Position numbers and translations under genes: made by a program. The notes beneath the pieces are model-generated. The model searched no databases. It was not told where the DNA came from and worked only from the letters and a program-made list of their open reading frames with translations. 24,000 nt of DNA from an uncultured Actinomycetes bacterium (lineage in GTDB: Bacteria; Actinomycetota; Thermoleophilia; Gaiellales; Gaiellaceae), in assembly GCA_963724805.1 (NCBI GenBank), contig CAVRWA010000012.1, positions 94,869-118,868 on the forward strand. The letters are read 5' to 3'. Below are positions 9,180 to 16,764 of the stretch, one piece after another (within the stretch, counting starts at the first letter, position 1; every line of letters starts with the position of its first letter).

Positions 9180-9185
9180 ATGCTA
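9180..9185 (-). promoter_or_regulatory. Candidate -10 hexamer (TAGCAT) placed for a leaderless addB mRNA
   Basis: The minus strand reads TAGCAT-gggtag-ATG. The hexamer ends 6 nt before the addB ATG, and there is no Shine-Dalgarno sequence. No convincing -35 element was seen. Confidence 0.25.
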
Positions 9186-9240
9186 GTCCCGGTGCCCGAC
9201 GGCTCCGCTTACGGGTGTGCCGAAAGCGAGGAAAGAGCGG

Positions 9241-9273
9241 AGAAATTGGAGAGGCGGGTCAGGCCCGCCCCTC
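9241..9273 (-). terminator. Intrinsic terminator after the 64-aa zinc-ribbon gene
   Basis: The minus-strand RNA is GAGGGGCGGG-CCUGA-CCCGCCUCUC, a 10-bp stem including one G-U pair. It starts 6 nt after the stop codon and is followed by CAAUUUCU. Confidence 0.55.
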
Positions 9274-9278
9274 CGTCT

Positions 9279-9473
9279 CTACACGGCTGTCTTGGGCCGA
9301 CGGCCGCGTCGCGCGGCTGCGTGGCCGGGCATCCCGCCGGCACACGAGTCGCAAAGGTCGGCCTGCTTCGCTCCGCGACGGGCGTCGGTATAGGTCAGGC
9401 GCATCGTCGCGCCCTTTCCCTCCTCCACTTCCTTGTCGCACTTATCGCAAACGAGAACTGTCTTTCGCGCCAC
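9279..9473 (-). CDS. Small zinc-ribbon protein with a basic, AT-hook-like C-terminal tail
   Basis: 64 aa. CDKC ... (25 aa) ... CDSC, then AARRGRRPKTAV. Strong RBS GGAGGA 4 nt upstream of the GTG start, its own terminator downstream, and high GC3. Confidence 0.75.
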   Translation of the reverse strand: MARKTVLVCDKCDKEVEEGKGATMRLTYTDARRGAKQADLCDSCAGGMPGHAAARRGRRPKTAV

Positions 9474-9577
9474 GAATCCTCCTGAATGTAAGCGGTCAGC
9501 TGGAGTGATCGTAGCCGGAATGTCGATGGAAATCCAGCAGCGCTAATTCGCGGCCTGAGTGGATTAACCGCCGACAA

Positions 9578-10669
9578 TTGACGCTAGAATCCGGCTTCGT
9601 GGACGAGAACACGATCGTTGTGCTGGAGGGCGACGACACCGGCCAGGAACTGCTCGAGGAGGCGCTACGCGTCCTGCAGCCCGAGGCGATCGGGCTCGAG
9701 CTGGCCTTGCCACGCCACGACCTCTCGCTCGCGCGTCGCCGCGCGACCGACAACGCCGTCGTCCACGAGGCTGCAGCTGCGATCCGCGAGCACGGTCTCG
9801 GCTTGAAGGCGGCGACCGTCACGCCCGAGGGCCGCGACGACATCGGGTCGCCGAACCGGATTCTGCGCGAGGAGATCGGCGGGCGGGTGATCGTCCGCAC
9901 GGGCCGCCGGATCCCCGGAGTGATTCCGGTCGGCGGCGTGCACGCTCCGATCTCGATCGTGCGGATGGCGGTCGGCGACGCATACGGCGCGAAGGAATGG
10001 CGCGAGGGCGAAGGCGACGACGAGGTCGCCTTTCGCACCGAGCGGATCGAGCGCCGGATCTGCAAAGCGGTCGCCGAATTCGCGTTCCGCCAGGCCGAGC
10101 GCTCGGGCGCGCGGGTGTTCGGCGGCCCGAAGTACACCGTCAGCCCGACCTACGAGGGGATGCTGAAAGAGGAGATGGACGCGGCGGCCGCGCGCCATCC
10201 GGACGTTCCCTACGAGCCGCAGCTGATCGACGCAACCTTCGCGCTTCTGATCGCCTCCAGCGGAGCGCCGCTGGTGATCCCCGCCCTCAACCGTGACGGC
10301 GACATCCTCTCCGACCTCGTGTTGCCGCTCTTCGGCTCGATCGCCGGGTCGGAGTCCCTGCTCGTCGCCTTCGACGACGACTACGTGCCGCGCGCCGTGA
10401 TGGCCGAGGCTGCGCACGGCACCGCGCCGTCGTTGAAGGGGAAGAACGTCGCCAATCCGATGGCGATGATCCTCGCGGGGGCGGCGCTGCTCGGATTCGG
10501 CGGCGAGGAGTCGCAGCAGGCGGGCCGGGCGATCCGCGAGGCCTGCCTCGAGACGGTCGGCGACGGCGTGCGCACCGCCGACCTGGCCGGGAGCCACGGC
10601 ACGAGCGAGTTCACCGACGAGGTGATCCGGCGAACCCGGACGAAGCTCGAGATCTGGGCCGCTCTCTGA
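9578..10669 (+). CDS. Isocitrate/isopropylmalate dehydrogenase family protein (subfamily-II NADP-IDH-like, short form)
   Basis: IVVLEGDDTGQELL, KAATVTPEG, SPNRILREEIGG, VGDAYG, LNRDGDILSDL and AEAAHGTAP...NVANPMAMI align in order with motifs I recall from eukaryote-type IDH1. The alternative start is the GTG at 9599. Confidence 0.85.
   Translation: MTLESGFVDENTIVVLEGDDTGQELLEEALRVLQPEAIGLELALPRHDLSLARRRATDNAVVHEAAAAIREHGLGLKAATVTPEGRDDIGSPNRILREEIGGRVIVRTGRRIPGVIPVGGVHAPISIVRMAVGDAYGAKEWREGEGDDEVAFRTERIERRICKAVAEFAFRQAERSGARVFGGPKYTVSPTYEGMLKEEMDAAAARHPDVPYEPQLIDATFALLIASSGAPLVIPALNRDGDILSDLVLPLFGSIAGSESLLVAFDDDYVPRAVMAEAAHGTAPSLKGKNVANPMAMILAGAALLGFGGEESQQAGRAIREACLETVGDGVRTADLAGSHGTSEFTDEVIRRTRTKLEIWAAL
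9585..9590 (+). promoter_or_regulatory. Candidate -10 hexamer (TAGAAT) upstream of the IDH-like gene
   Basis: TAGAAT is followed by 8 nt and then an in-frame GTG at 9599. Neither the TTG at 9578 nor the GTG at 9599 has a Shine-Dalgarno sequence, which would fit a leaderless or near-leaderless transcript. Confidence 0.25.
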
Positions 10670-10679
10670 AGGCTCCGGT

Positions 10680-11315
10680 CTAGAGGGAGGCTGCGGCGGC
10701 GAGAGTCGAGCGGAAGCCGTCGCTCCACACCGTGAGGAATGCGTGTGCGAGCTCGGGGTCGAACTGGCCGCCGGCGCAGCGCTCGACCTCGTGTAGCGCG
10801 TCCCGCTCGGACATGGCCTGGCGGTACGGCCGCCCTGAGGTCATGGCATCGAATGCATCCGCCACGGCCAGCACGCGAGCCTCGACCGGGATCTCCACGC
10901 CGCCCAGCCCGTGCGGATAGCCACTCCCGTCCCAGCGCTCGTGATGGTGGAGTACGTACGGGAGCGCCGAGCGCACGGAGTCGATCGGCTCGATCAGTCG
11001 TGCGCCCGCGGCGGGGTGGGTTCGGATGGTGTTCAGCTCATCCGGTGTGAGCGGCCCCGGCTTCGAGAGGATGCGCGCAGGCACCGTCAGCTTGCCGATG
11101 TCGTGGAGCGCGCCGCCGATCCGCAGTGTCTCGAGGCGGCTCTCCGGCCAGCCGAGCCCCCGCGCGACGCCTTCCGCGAGGGTCGTGACGCGGAGCGAAT
11201 GACCACGTGTGTACGGGTCGCGCGCCTCGATCGCAGAGGAGAGGGACGTGAGCATGCCAGGCGGGATTCCCTGCGGCGCTGCGTTTCCCTTCCCGCCCTG
11301 TGGAGCGTTCGTCAC
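10680..11315 (-). CDS. Stand-alone HD-GYP domain protein (putative cyclic-di-GMP phosphodiesterase)
   Basis: RDPYTRGHSLRV, GALHDIGKLTVP, HHERWDGSGYPHGL, VADAFDAMTSGRPYR. Only about 30 residues precede the HD domain, so there is no receiver or sensor domain. Confidence 0.9.
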   Translation of the reverse strand: MTNAPQGGKGNAAPQGIPPGMLTSLSSAIEARDPYTRGHSLRVTTLAEGVARGLGWPESRLETLRIGGALHDIGKLTVPARILSKPGPLTPDELNTIRTHPAAGARLIEPIDSVRSALPYVLHHHERWDGSGYPHGLGGVEIPVEARVLAVADAFDAMTSGRPYRQAMSERDALHEVERCAGGQFDPELAHAFLTVWSDGFRSTLAAAASL

Positions 11316-11337
11316 TCGGCCGTGACAGTCTCGTCAC
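11311..11337. promoter_or_regulatory. Operator-like array of three GTSAC pentamers at 11-bp phasing over the HD-GYP start codon
   Basis: On the plus strand: GTCAC (11311-11315), N6, GTGAC (11322-11326), N6, GTCAC (11333-11337). The first pentamer contains the GTG start codon of the HD-GYP gene. Confidence 0.25.
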
Positions 11338-11410
11338 AGACGCGCGAGCCGCGCCGCGATAGCCTCACGGCATCGGGGCGGGAGGTGGGGGGTTCCCGCA
11401 GTCAGACGCG

Positions 11411-12022
11411 TCAACCTGAGAGGCCGCCGCCTTCGGTGCGCAGGCGGCGGCGTTTCCAGTACTTGAAGCCGATGATCGCGCCGACGGCGCCGACGACGAG
11501 CACTACGCCCGCGTACAGGCCGTACGTGGTGACCGCCTCCACGAGGGCCTTGCCGAAGAAGTAGGCGAGCAGCCCGTAGCCGAACGCCCACACGATCCCG
11601 CCGAGCGCGTTCCACTTCAGGAACGTCTCCCAGTGCATGTGCGTGATGCCCGCGATCCACGCCGCCGTGACGCGCAGCCCGGCGATGAAGCGCGCGAAGA
11701 ACACCGTCTTCGGACCGTGGCGCCGGAAGAAGCGCTCGCCGGGGGGCAGCAGGCGCTGGGCCGTGGATCGCGTGACCCGCCAGCGGAGGAGCAGCGCGCG
11801 GCCGCCCTTGCGACCGATCCAGTAGCCGACGTTGTCGCCGATGATCGCACCGAGCGCGGCGACCACGAGCACCTCCCAGAGCACCATCACTCCTTGAGAG
11901 GCGAGCACCGCCGCCGCGACGAGGGCAGTCTCCCCGGGGACAGGGATCCCGCTCGACTCCGCCGCGACCAGGAGAAAGAGCGCCCAGAGCCCGTAGCTCG
12001 CGAGGAAGTCCTCCACAGGCAC
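11411..12022 (-). CDS. DedA family inner-membrane protein
   Basis: FLLVAAESSGIPVPGE, GAIIGDNVGYWIGRKGG, FFRRHGPKTVFFARFIAGLR. Several hydrophobic segments and a basic C-terminal tail. Confidence 0.9.
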   Translation of the reverse strand: MPVEDFLASYGLWALFLLVAAESSGIPVPGETALVAAAVLASQGVMVLWEVLVVAALGAIIGDNVGYWIGRKGGRALLLRWRVTRSTAQRLLPPGERFFRRHGPKTVFFARFIAGLRVTAAWIAGITHMHWETFLKWNALGGIVWAFGYGLLAYFFGKALVEAVTTYGLYAGVVLVVGAVGAIIGFKYWKRRRLRTEGGGLSG

Positions 12023-12054
12023 ATCTTGCCCATGCGTGCGGGCGGCACACGGCC

Positions 12055-12282
12055 ATGGAGGCCTGGGACAAGCGCTTCATGTCGCACTCGACCGCGGTGC
12101 GCACGTGCCCGGTCGCGGCCGGCGACATCGGCGCGGCCGACTTCGACCTCACGAAGGAGCAGCAGGACTGGCTGCTGAACTCGGGCAAGACCGCGGCAGC
12201 CGCTTTCCCGGCCGACTTCAAGCTCGAGGACTACGTAAACACATACGGGAAAAAACTGACGCCGACCGCCGCAACCGTGTGA
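12055..12282 (+). CDS. Hypothetical small protein (75 aa)
   Basis: Nearly every third codon position is G/C while second positions are mixed, which is the coding signature in this genome. It ends 16 nt before pntAA. No SD sequence and no family I recognise. Confidence 0.5.
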   Translation: MEAWDKRFMSHSTAVRTCPVAAGDIGAADFDLTKEQQDWLLNSGKTAAAAFPADFKLEDYVNTYGKKLTPTAATV

Positions 12283-12298
12283 GATAGTCCCCCACGGA

Positions 12299-13384
12299 AT
12301 GCGAGTGGGGGTCACCAAGGAGCGAGAGCCGGGGGAACGGCGCGTGGCGCTCGTTCCCGACTCCATCGCGAAGCTGGTCGCAGCCGGTTTCACCGTCGAA
12401 GTCGAGAAGGGCGCCGGGATCGAGTCCTCGCTTCCCGACGAGATCTACGCCGAGGCAGGCGCGACGCTCGTCGACGACGCGCTCGCCGCGGACGCCGTCG
12501 TCAAGGTTCGCAAGCCGTCGGCGGACGAGATCGCGCGGATGCGCGAGGGCGCGGTCCTGATCGCGTTCCTCCAGCCCCTCACAGACCGCGAGGGGATCGA
12601 CGCTCTCGCCGCGCGCGGCGTGGTCGGCTTCGCGATGGAGTCGATTCCGCGGATCTCGCGCGCCCAGACGATGGACGCGCTCTCGTCGCAGGCGAACGTC
12701 GGCGGCTACAAGGCGGTGCTGCTCGCGGCCGACACGCTGCCGAAGTTCTTCCCGATGCTGATGACAGCCGCAGGCACGATCGCACCGGCGAAGGTGCTGA
12801 TCGTCGGCGCCGGCGTCGCCGGCCTGCAGGCGATCGCCACCGCGCGCCGCCTCGGAGCGGTCGTATCCGGTTTCGACGTGCGCCCGGTCGTCAAGGAACA
12901 GGTCGAGAGCCTCGGCGCGACCTTTCTCGACCTCGGCGTGCACGGCGAGGAGACCGAGGGCGGCTACGCAACAGAGCTGAGCGAGGAGCAGCAGCGCCAG
13001 CAGCAGCAGGCGCTCGAGGCTCGCCTGCCCGACTTCGACGTCGTGATCACGACCGCGCTCGTCCCGGGCCGCCCCGCCCCACGCCTGATCCCCGCCTCTG
13101 CCGTCGCCGCGATGCGGCCCGGCTCCGTGATCGTCGACATGGCCGCCGAGGCCGGCGGCAACTGCGAGCTGACCTCGCCGGGCGAGGAAGTCGTCCGCGA
13201 GAACGTGACGATCATCGGCTTCACCGACCTACCGAGCCGGATGGCCTTCCATGCGAGCCAGCTCTACTCGCGCAACGTCTTCGCGCTGCTCACCCACCTC
13301 GCCCCGGAGGGCGAGCTGGCGCTCGACTTCGAGGACGAGATCACCGGCGGCGCGTGCGTGACGCGGAAGGAGGGAGCATCGTGA
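12299..13384 (+). CDS. pntAA: NAD(P) transhydrogenase subunit alpha, part 1 (dI domain)
   Basis: Alanine-dehydrogenase/PNT fold: ERRVALVPD, SRAQTMDALSSQANVGGYKAV, and the Rossmann motif KVLIVGAGVAGLQAIATARRLGA. Confidence 0.93.
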   Translation: MRVGVTKEREPGERRVALVPDSIAKLVAAGFTVEVEKGAGIESSLPDEIYAEAGATLVDDALAADAVVKVRKPSADEIARMREGAVLIAFLQPLTDREGIDALAARGVVGFAMESIPRISRAQTMDALSSQANVGGYKAVLLAADTLPKFFPMLMTAAGTIAPAKVLIVGAGVAGLQAIATARRLGAVVSGFDVRPVVKEQVESLGATFLDLGVHGEETEGGYATELSEEQQRQQQQALEARLPDFDVVITTALVPGRPAPRLIPASAVAAMRPGSVIVDMAAEAGGNCELTSPGEEVVRENVTIIGFTDLPSRMAFHASQLYSRNVFALLTHLAPEGELALDFEDEITGGACVTRKEGAS

Positions 13385-13719
13385 ACCACGGGGCCCTGCT
13401 CGTCTTCGAGGTGACGATCCTCGTCCTCGCGATCTTCCTCGGCTTCGAGGTGATCTCGAAGGTGCCGACGCTGCTCCACACCCCCCTGATGTCGGGCACG
13501 AATGCGATCCACGGCATCGTGATCGTCGGCGCGATGCTCGTCGCGGGCACGCCGCACGCGGACACCACGACGAAGGTGATCGGCTTCCTCGCGGTCATCC
13601 TGGCCTCCGCGAACGTCGTCGGCGGCTTCGTCGTGACCGACCGGATGCTCGAGATGTTCAAGAAACGCGAACCGCCGAAGCCTTCCGCGGACGACTCCGA
13701 TAAGACCGGCTCCGCGTGA
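13381..13719 (+). CDS. pntAB: NAD(P) transhydrogenase subunit alpha, part 2 (membrane dII segment)
   Basis: The GTG at 13381 overlaps the pntAA TGA (GTGA). Hydrophobic helices with LHTPLMSGTNAIHGIVIVGA, typical of PntAB. Confidence 0.9.
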   Translation: MNHGALLVFEVTILVLAIFLGFEVISKVPTLLHTPLMSGTNAIHGIVIVGAMLVAGTPHADTTTKVIGFLAVILASANVVGGFVVTDRMLEMFKKREPPKPSADDSDKTGSA

Positions 13720-15107
13720 GTAAGAACCTAACGGACCTGCTCTACCTGGTCACGATCGTGACCTTCATCCTCGCCCTGCGCTTCCTCTCGTCGCCCGCGA
13801 CAGCGAGGCGCGGCAACCAGGTCGGCGCGGTCGGCATGGTGCTCGCGGTCGCCGTCACATTCGCACAGAAGGGAATGACCAACTTCTGGCTGATCGGGCT
13901 CGGAATGATCCTCGGCGGCGGCTTCGGAGCGGTGGCGGCGCGGCGCGTGAGGATGACCGCGATGCCGCAGATGGTGGCGCTGTTCAACGGCGTCGGCGGC
14001 GGCGCGGCGGCGCTGATCTCGATGGCTGAGTTCCATAACCGCGTCCCCGCCCCGGGCAACCTGCATGTCGACACCAGCCTGGCGATCGTGCTCTCGGCGC
14101 TGATCGGAAGCGTCTCGTTCTCCGGCAGCATGGTCGCGTTCGCGAAGCTGCAGGAGCTGATCCAGGGCCGCCCGATCACCTACCCGGGCCAGAAGGTCGG
14201 AAACCTCGTCTTGCTGGGCGCGGCAGCCGCGCTCGGCGTCGCGATCTGCGCCGGCTGGGAGGCGCAGTGGGCGCTCGTGGCACTGATCGGCCTCGCCCTC
14301 CTCTTCGGCGTCCTGTTCGTGCTCCCGATCGGCGGCGCCGACATGCCGGTCGTGATCTCGCTGCTGAACGCGTTCACCGGCCTCGCGGTGGCGGCGACCG
14401 GCTTCGAGCTCGAGAACAACGTCCTGATCGTGAGCGGCATGCTCGTCGGCGCGTCGGGCACCTTCCTCACGATGATGATGGGCAAGGCGATGAACCGCTC
14501 GATCGCGAACGTCCTCTTCGGCGCGTTCGGGCAGGTCACAGCGGAGGCCGCGGCAACGGCCGCCGGCGGGACCGGCACCGTGCGCTCCGCGAGCGCCGAC
14601 GACGTCGCGATCATGCTCGCGTACGCACAGCGCGTGATCATCGTTCCGGGCTACGGGATGGCCGTCGCACAGGCGCAGCACGACGTGCGACAGCTCGCCG
14701 ACCTGCTCGAGGCGCGCGGTGTCAAGGTCGAGTACGCGATCCACCCGGTCGCCGGTCGCATGCCGGGGCACATGAACGTCCTCCTCGCCGAGGCGAACGT
14801 GCCGTACACGGCCCTGAAGGAGATGGATGAGATCAACCCGAGCTTCCCGCAGACCGACGTCGCGCTCGTGATCGGCGCGAACGACGTCACGAACCCGGCG
14901 GCGCGCTCGAACCCGGCAAGCCCGATCTACGGGATGCCGATCCTCGACGTCGACAAGGCCAAGGCGATCGTGGTGCTCAAGCGCTCGATGAACCCCGGTT
15001 TCGCCGGTATCGACAACGAGCTCTACACCGAGCCGCAGACGGTGATGCTCTTCGGCGACGCGAAGGACTCGGTGCTGAACCTGATCGCCGCCGTCAAGAC
15101 GCTGTAG
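13716..15107 (+). CDS. pntB: NAD(P) transhydrogenase subunit beta
   Basis: The GTG at 13716 overlaps the pntAB TGA. The N-terminal half is multi-helix membrane. The dIII NADP(H) domain carries PGYGMAVAQAQH, HPVAGRMPGHMNVLLAEA and GANDVTNPAA. Confidence 0.95.
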   Translation: MSKNLTDLLYLVTIVTFILALRFLSSPATARRGNQVGAVGMVLAVAVTFAQKGMTNFWLIGLGMILGGGFGAVAARRVRMTAMPQMVALFNGVGGGAAALISMAEFHNRVPAPGNLHVDTSLAIVLSALIGSVSFSGSMVAFAKLQELIQGRPITYPGQKVGNLVLLGAAAALGVAICAGWEAQWALVALIGLALLFGVLFVLPIGGADMPVVISLLNAFTGLAVAATGFELENNVLIVSGMLVGASGTFLTMMMGKAMNRSIANVLFGAFGQVTAEAAATAAGGTGTVRSASADDVAIMLAYAQRVIIVPGYGMAVAQAQHDVRQLADLLEARGVKVEYAIHPVAGRMPGHMNVLLAEANVPYTALKEMDEINPSFPQTDVALVIGANDVTNPAARSNPASPIYGMPILDVDKAKAIVVLKRSMNPGFAGIDNELYTEPQTVMLFGDAKDSVLNLIAAVKTL

Positions 15108-15116
15108 GCGAACGAA

Positions 15117-15133
15117 CCGGGGTCAGACCCCGG
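15117..15133 (+). terminator. GC hairpin after pntB (possible terminator)
   Basis: CCGGGGT-CAG-ACCCCGG begins 10 nt after the pntB stop. There is no adjacent U-tract. Confidence 0.35.
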
Positions 15134-15256
15134 AACGAAACTCGAACGTTGTTTCCACACCGAGCGCTGTTTCGGCCAGGCGCGACCTCGGCGATGCCTG
15201 CTCCGACCCACGCAGGATTGTGGTCGCGCGCCGCGGACATGGCTCCGTAGGCCATG

Positions 15257-15274
15257 CCGGGGGTCTGACCCCGG
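15257..15274 (-). terminator. GC hairpin after the ABC-2 permease gene (possible terminator)
   Basis: The minus strand reads CCGGGGTCAGACCCCCGG, starting 14 nt after the permease stop. There is no U-tract. Confidence 0.35.
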
Positions 15275-15287
15275 TTCGGTGCCCCGC

Positions 15288-16025
15288 CTAGGGCGTCCGC
15301 CGCCGCAGCGTGCCCGCGGCGAGGACGAGCAGGAGCAGGGTCGCACCGACGGTCACCGCCACGTCCGCGACGAAGCGAGCGCCGTACGGGCCGCCCGCCG
15401 CGACCTTGGCGAGCGCGTCGTACGCGTAGGTCAACGGCAGCACGGCAGAGACCACCTGGAGCCATTCCGCCATGTCCGCCCGGGCCACGAACAGGCCGCA
15501 CAGAAGGAGCTGCGGGAAGACGAGTGCGGGCATGAACTGGACGGCCTGGAACTCGGTCGTCGCAAAGGCGCTCACGAACAGGCCGAGCGACATCCCGAGC
15601 AGCGCGTTGCCGATCGCGAGCAGGACGACCGCCCACTTCGGCCCGGCGACCCTGAGATCGAGCAGCCCGAAGGCGACGACCGAGACGAGCGTGACCTGGA
15701 CTGCGGCAAAGAGGGCGAAGGCGATCGCGTAGCCGAGCAGGATGTCGAGCTTGTGCAGCGGCAGCGTCATCAGCCGCTCGAGGGTCCCCGACACGCGCTC
15801 GCGCAGCATCGTGATCGACGTGACGAGGAACATCGAGATAAACGGGAAAAGACCGAGCAGCGGACCGCCGATCGACTGGAACACCGTCGGCTCGCCGGCG
15901 AAGATCTCCTTCAACAGGACCACGAGGACGCACGGGACGGCGAGGAGCAGCGCGACCGTGCGCGGGTCGCGGCGGAGTTGTGTCAGGACGCGCGCGGCGG
16001 TCGCGAAGGTGACACGCGCGCTCAC
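15288..16025 (-). CDS. ABC-2 type transporter permease
   Basis: The GTG at 16025 overlaps the ATPase TGA (GTGA). The protein begins VSARVTFATAARVLTQLRRDPRTVALLL, followed by about six hydrophobic helices typical of ABC-2 exporters. The listed 287-aa ORF is an over-extension. Confidence 0.85.
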   Translation of the reverse strand: MSARVTFATAARVLTQLRRDPRTVALLLAVPCVLVVLLKEIFAGEPTVFQSIGGPLLGLFPFISMFLVTSITMLRERVSGTLERLMTLPLHKLDILLGYAIAFALFAAVQVTLVSVVAFGLLDLRVAGPKWAVVLLAIGNALLGMSLGLFVSAFATTEFQAVQFMPALVFPQLLLCGLFVARADMAEWLQVVSAVLPLTYAYDALAKVAAGGPYGARFVADVAVTVGATLLLLVLAAGTLRRRTP

Positions 16026-16735
16026 GCTTCGCCTTCGACCAGCCGCAGAAAGACCGAGTCGAGGTCGTCCGCGCCCGTGCGCCGCCGGAGCGTGTCCGGC
16101 GTCCCCGTGGCGATGATGCGACCTTCGCGCAGGAGCAGGAGCTCGTCGCAACGGTCGGCCTCGTCCATCACGTGACTCGAAACGAGGATCGTGGCACCGC
16201 GGTCGGCGATGGCGTGGAACGTGTCCCAGAGGTCGCGACGGAGCAGCGGATCGAGGCCGACGGTGGGCTCGTCGAGTACGAGCACCTCGGGCTCCCCGAG
16301 CAGGGCCATCGCGAGCGCGACCCGCGCCAGCTGACCACCGGAGAGGCGGCCGGCGACCTGCCCGGCCTCCGCACGGAGGTCGACGGTCTCGATCGCCTCG
16401 TCGACCCCGGCCTCCGACACGCCGAGCACCCGCGCGAAGTAGTGGACGTTCTCGCGGACGGTCAGGTCGTCGTACACGGACGGAGCCTGCGTGCGATAGC
16501 CGACACGCGAGCGCAGCTCGGGAGATCCAGCGGGCCGGCCGAGCACCGTGACCCGCCCCGCGTCGACCCGCTGCACGCCGACCGCGGCACGCATCAGCGT
16601 CGACTTCCCACCACCGCTCGGCCCGAGCAGGCCGGTGACGATCCCGGGCGCCACGTCGAGGGAGATCGCGTCGAGCGCCACCTTCCCGCCCCTGACGACC
16701 CGAAGGCCCTCCACGCGGATCGACGGCTCGCTCAT
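16022..16735 (-). CDS. ABC transporter ATP-binding protein (ABC-2 / DrrA-like exporter)
   Basis: Walker A GPSGGGKST, Q-loop YRTQ, signature LSGGQLARV, Walker B VLVLDEPT, H-loop VSSHVM. Confidence 0.93.
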   Translation of the reverse strand: MSEPSIRVEGLRVVRGGKVALDAISLDVAPGIVTGLLGPSGGGKSTLMRAAVGVQRVDAGRVTVLGRPAGSPELRSRVGYRTQAPSVYDDLTVRENVHYFARVLGVSEAGVDEAIETVDLRAEAGQVAGRLSGGQLARVALAMALLGEPEVLVLDEPTVGLDPLLRRDLWDTFHAIADRGATILVSSHVMDEADRCDELLLLREGRIIATGTPDTLRRRTGADDLDSVFLRLVEGEA

Positions 16736-16764
16736 CGGCCTACTTAACCATCTAGGGTCCTCCC

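Larger units (their letters stand above)
15113..15278. repeat. 166-bp intergenic unit bounded by perfect 19-nt inverted repeats
   Basis: CGAACCGGGGTCAGACCCC at 15113-15131 equals the reverse complement of 15260-15278 (19/19). The match extends to 21/22 with one extra C. Each arm is itself a hairpin. A further hairpin, CATGGC-N7-GCCATG, lies at about 15238-15256. Confidence 0.5.

Noticed and set aside
6321-9485. A 1054-aa ORF on the + strand, spanning all of addB and beyond.
   Set aside because: It is antisense to a gene with clear AddB motifs. Its product is low-complexity R/A/G/P/E-rich sequence with no motifs. Stop-free antisense frames are expected at this GC content.
11423-11451. A 9-bp GC stem (GCCGCCGCC-N11-GGCGGCGGC) inside the last 40 nt of dedA, considered as a terminator.
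   Set aside because: It is explained by adjacent Arg (CGC) and Gly (GGC) codon runs encoding RRRLRTEGGG. No U-tract follows. It cannot be told apart from coincidence without 3'-end mapping.
11334-12393. ORFs of 295 aa and 168 aa on the - strand, overlapping dedA and the small + ORF.
   Set aside because: They are alternative frames of the dedA region. The dedA frame carries the family motifs and the membrane helices.
13728-14771. A 347-aa ORF on the - strand, opposite pntB.
   Set aside because: It is antisense to pntB. Its product is highly charged R/D/E/H-rich sequence with no fold signature.
15023-15346. A 107-aa ORF on the - strand, bridging the pntB/permease intergenic region.
   Set aside because: It overlaps the ends of two real genes and the inverted-repeat unit. 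It has no RBS, and its translation is Arg/Ser/Gly-rich.
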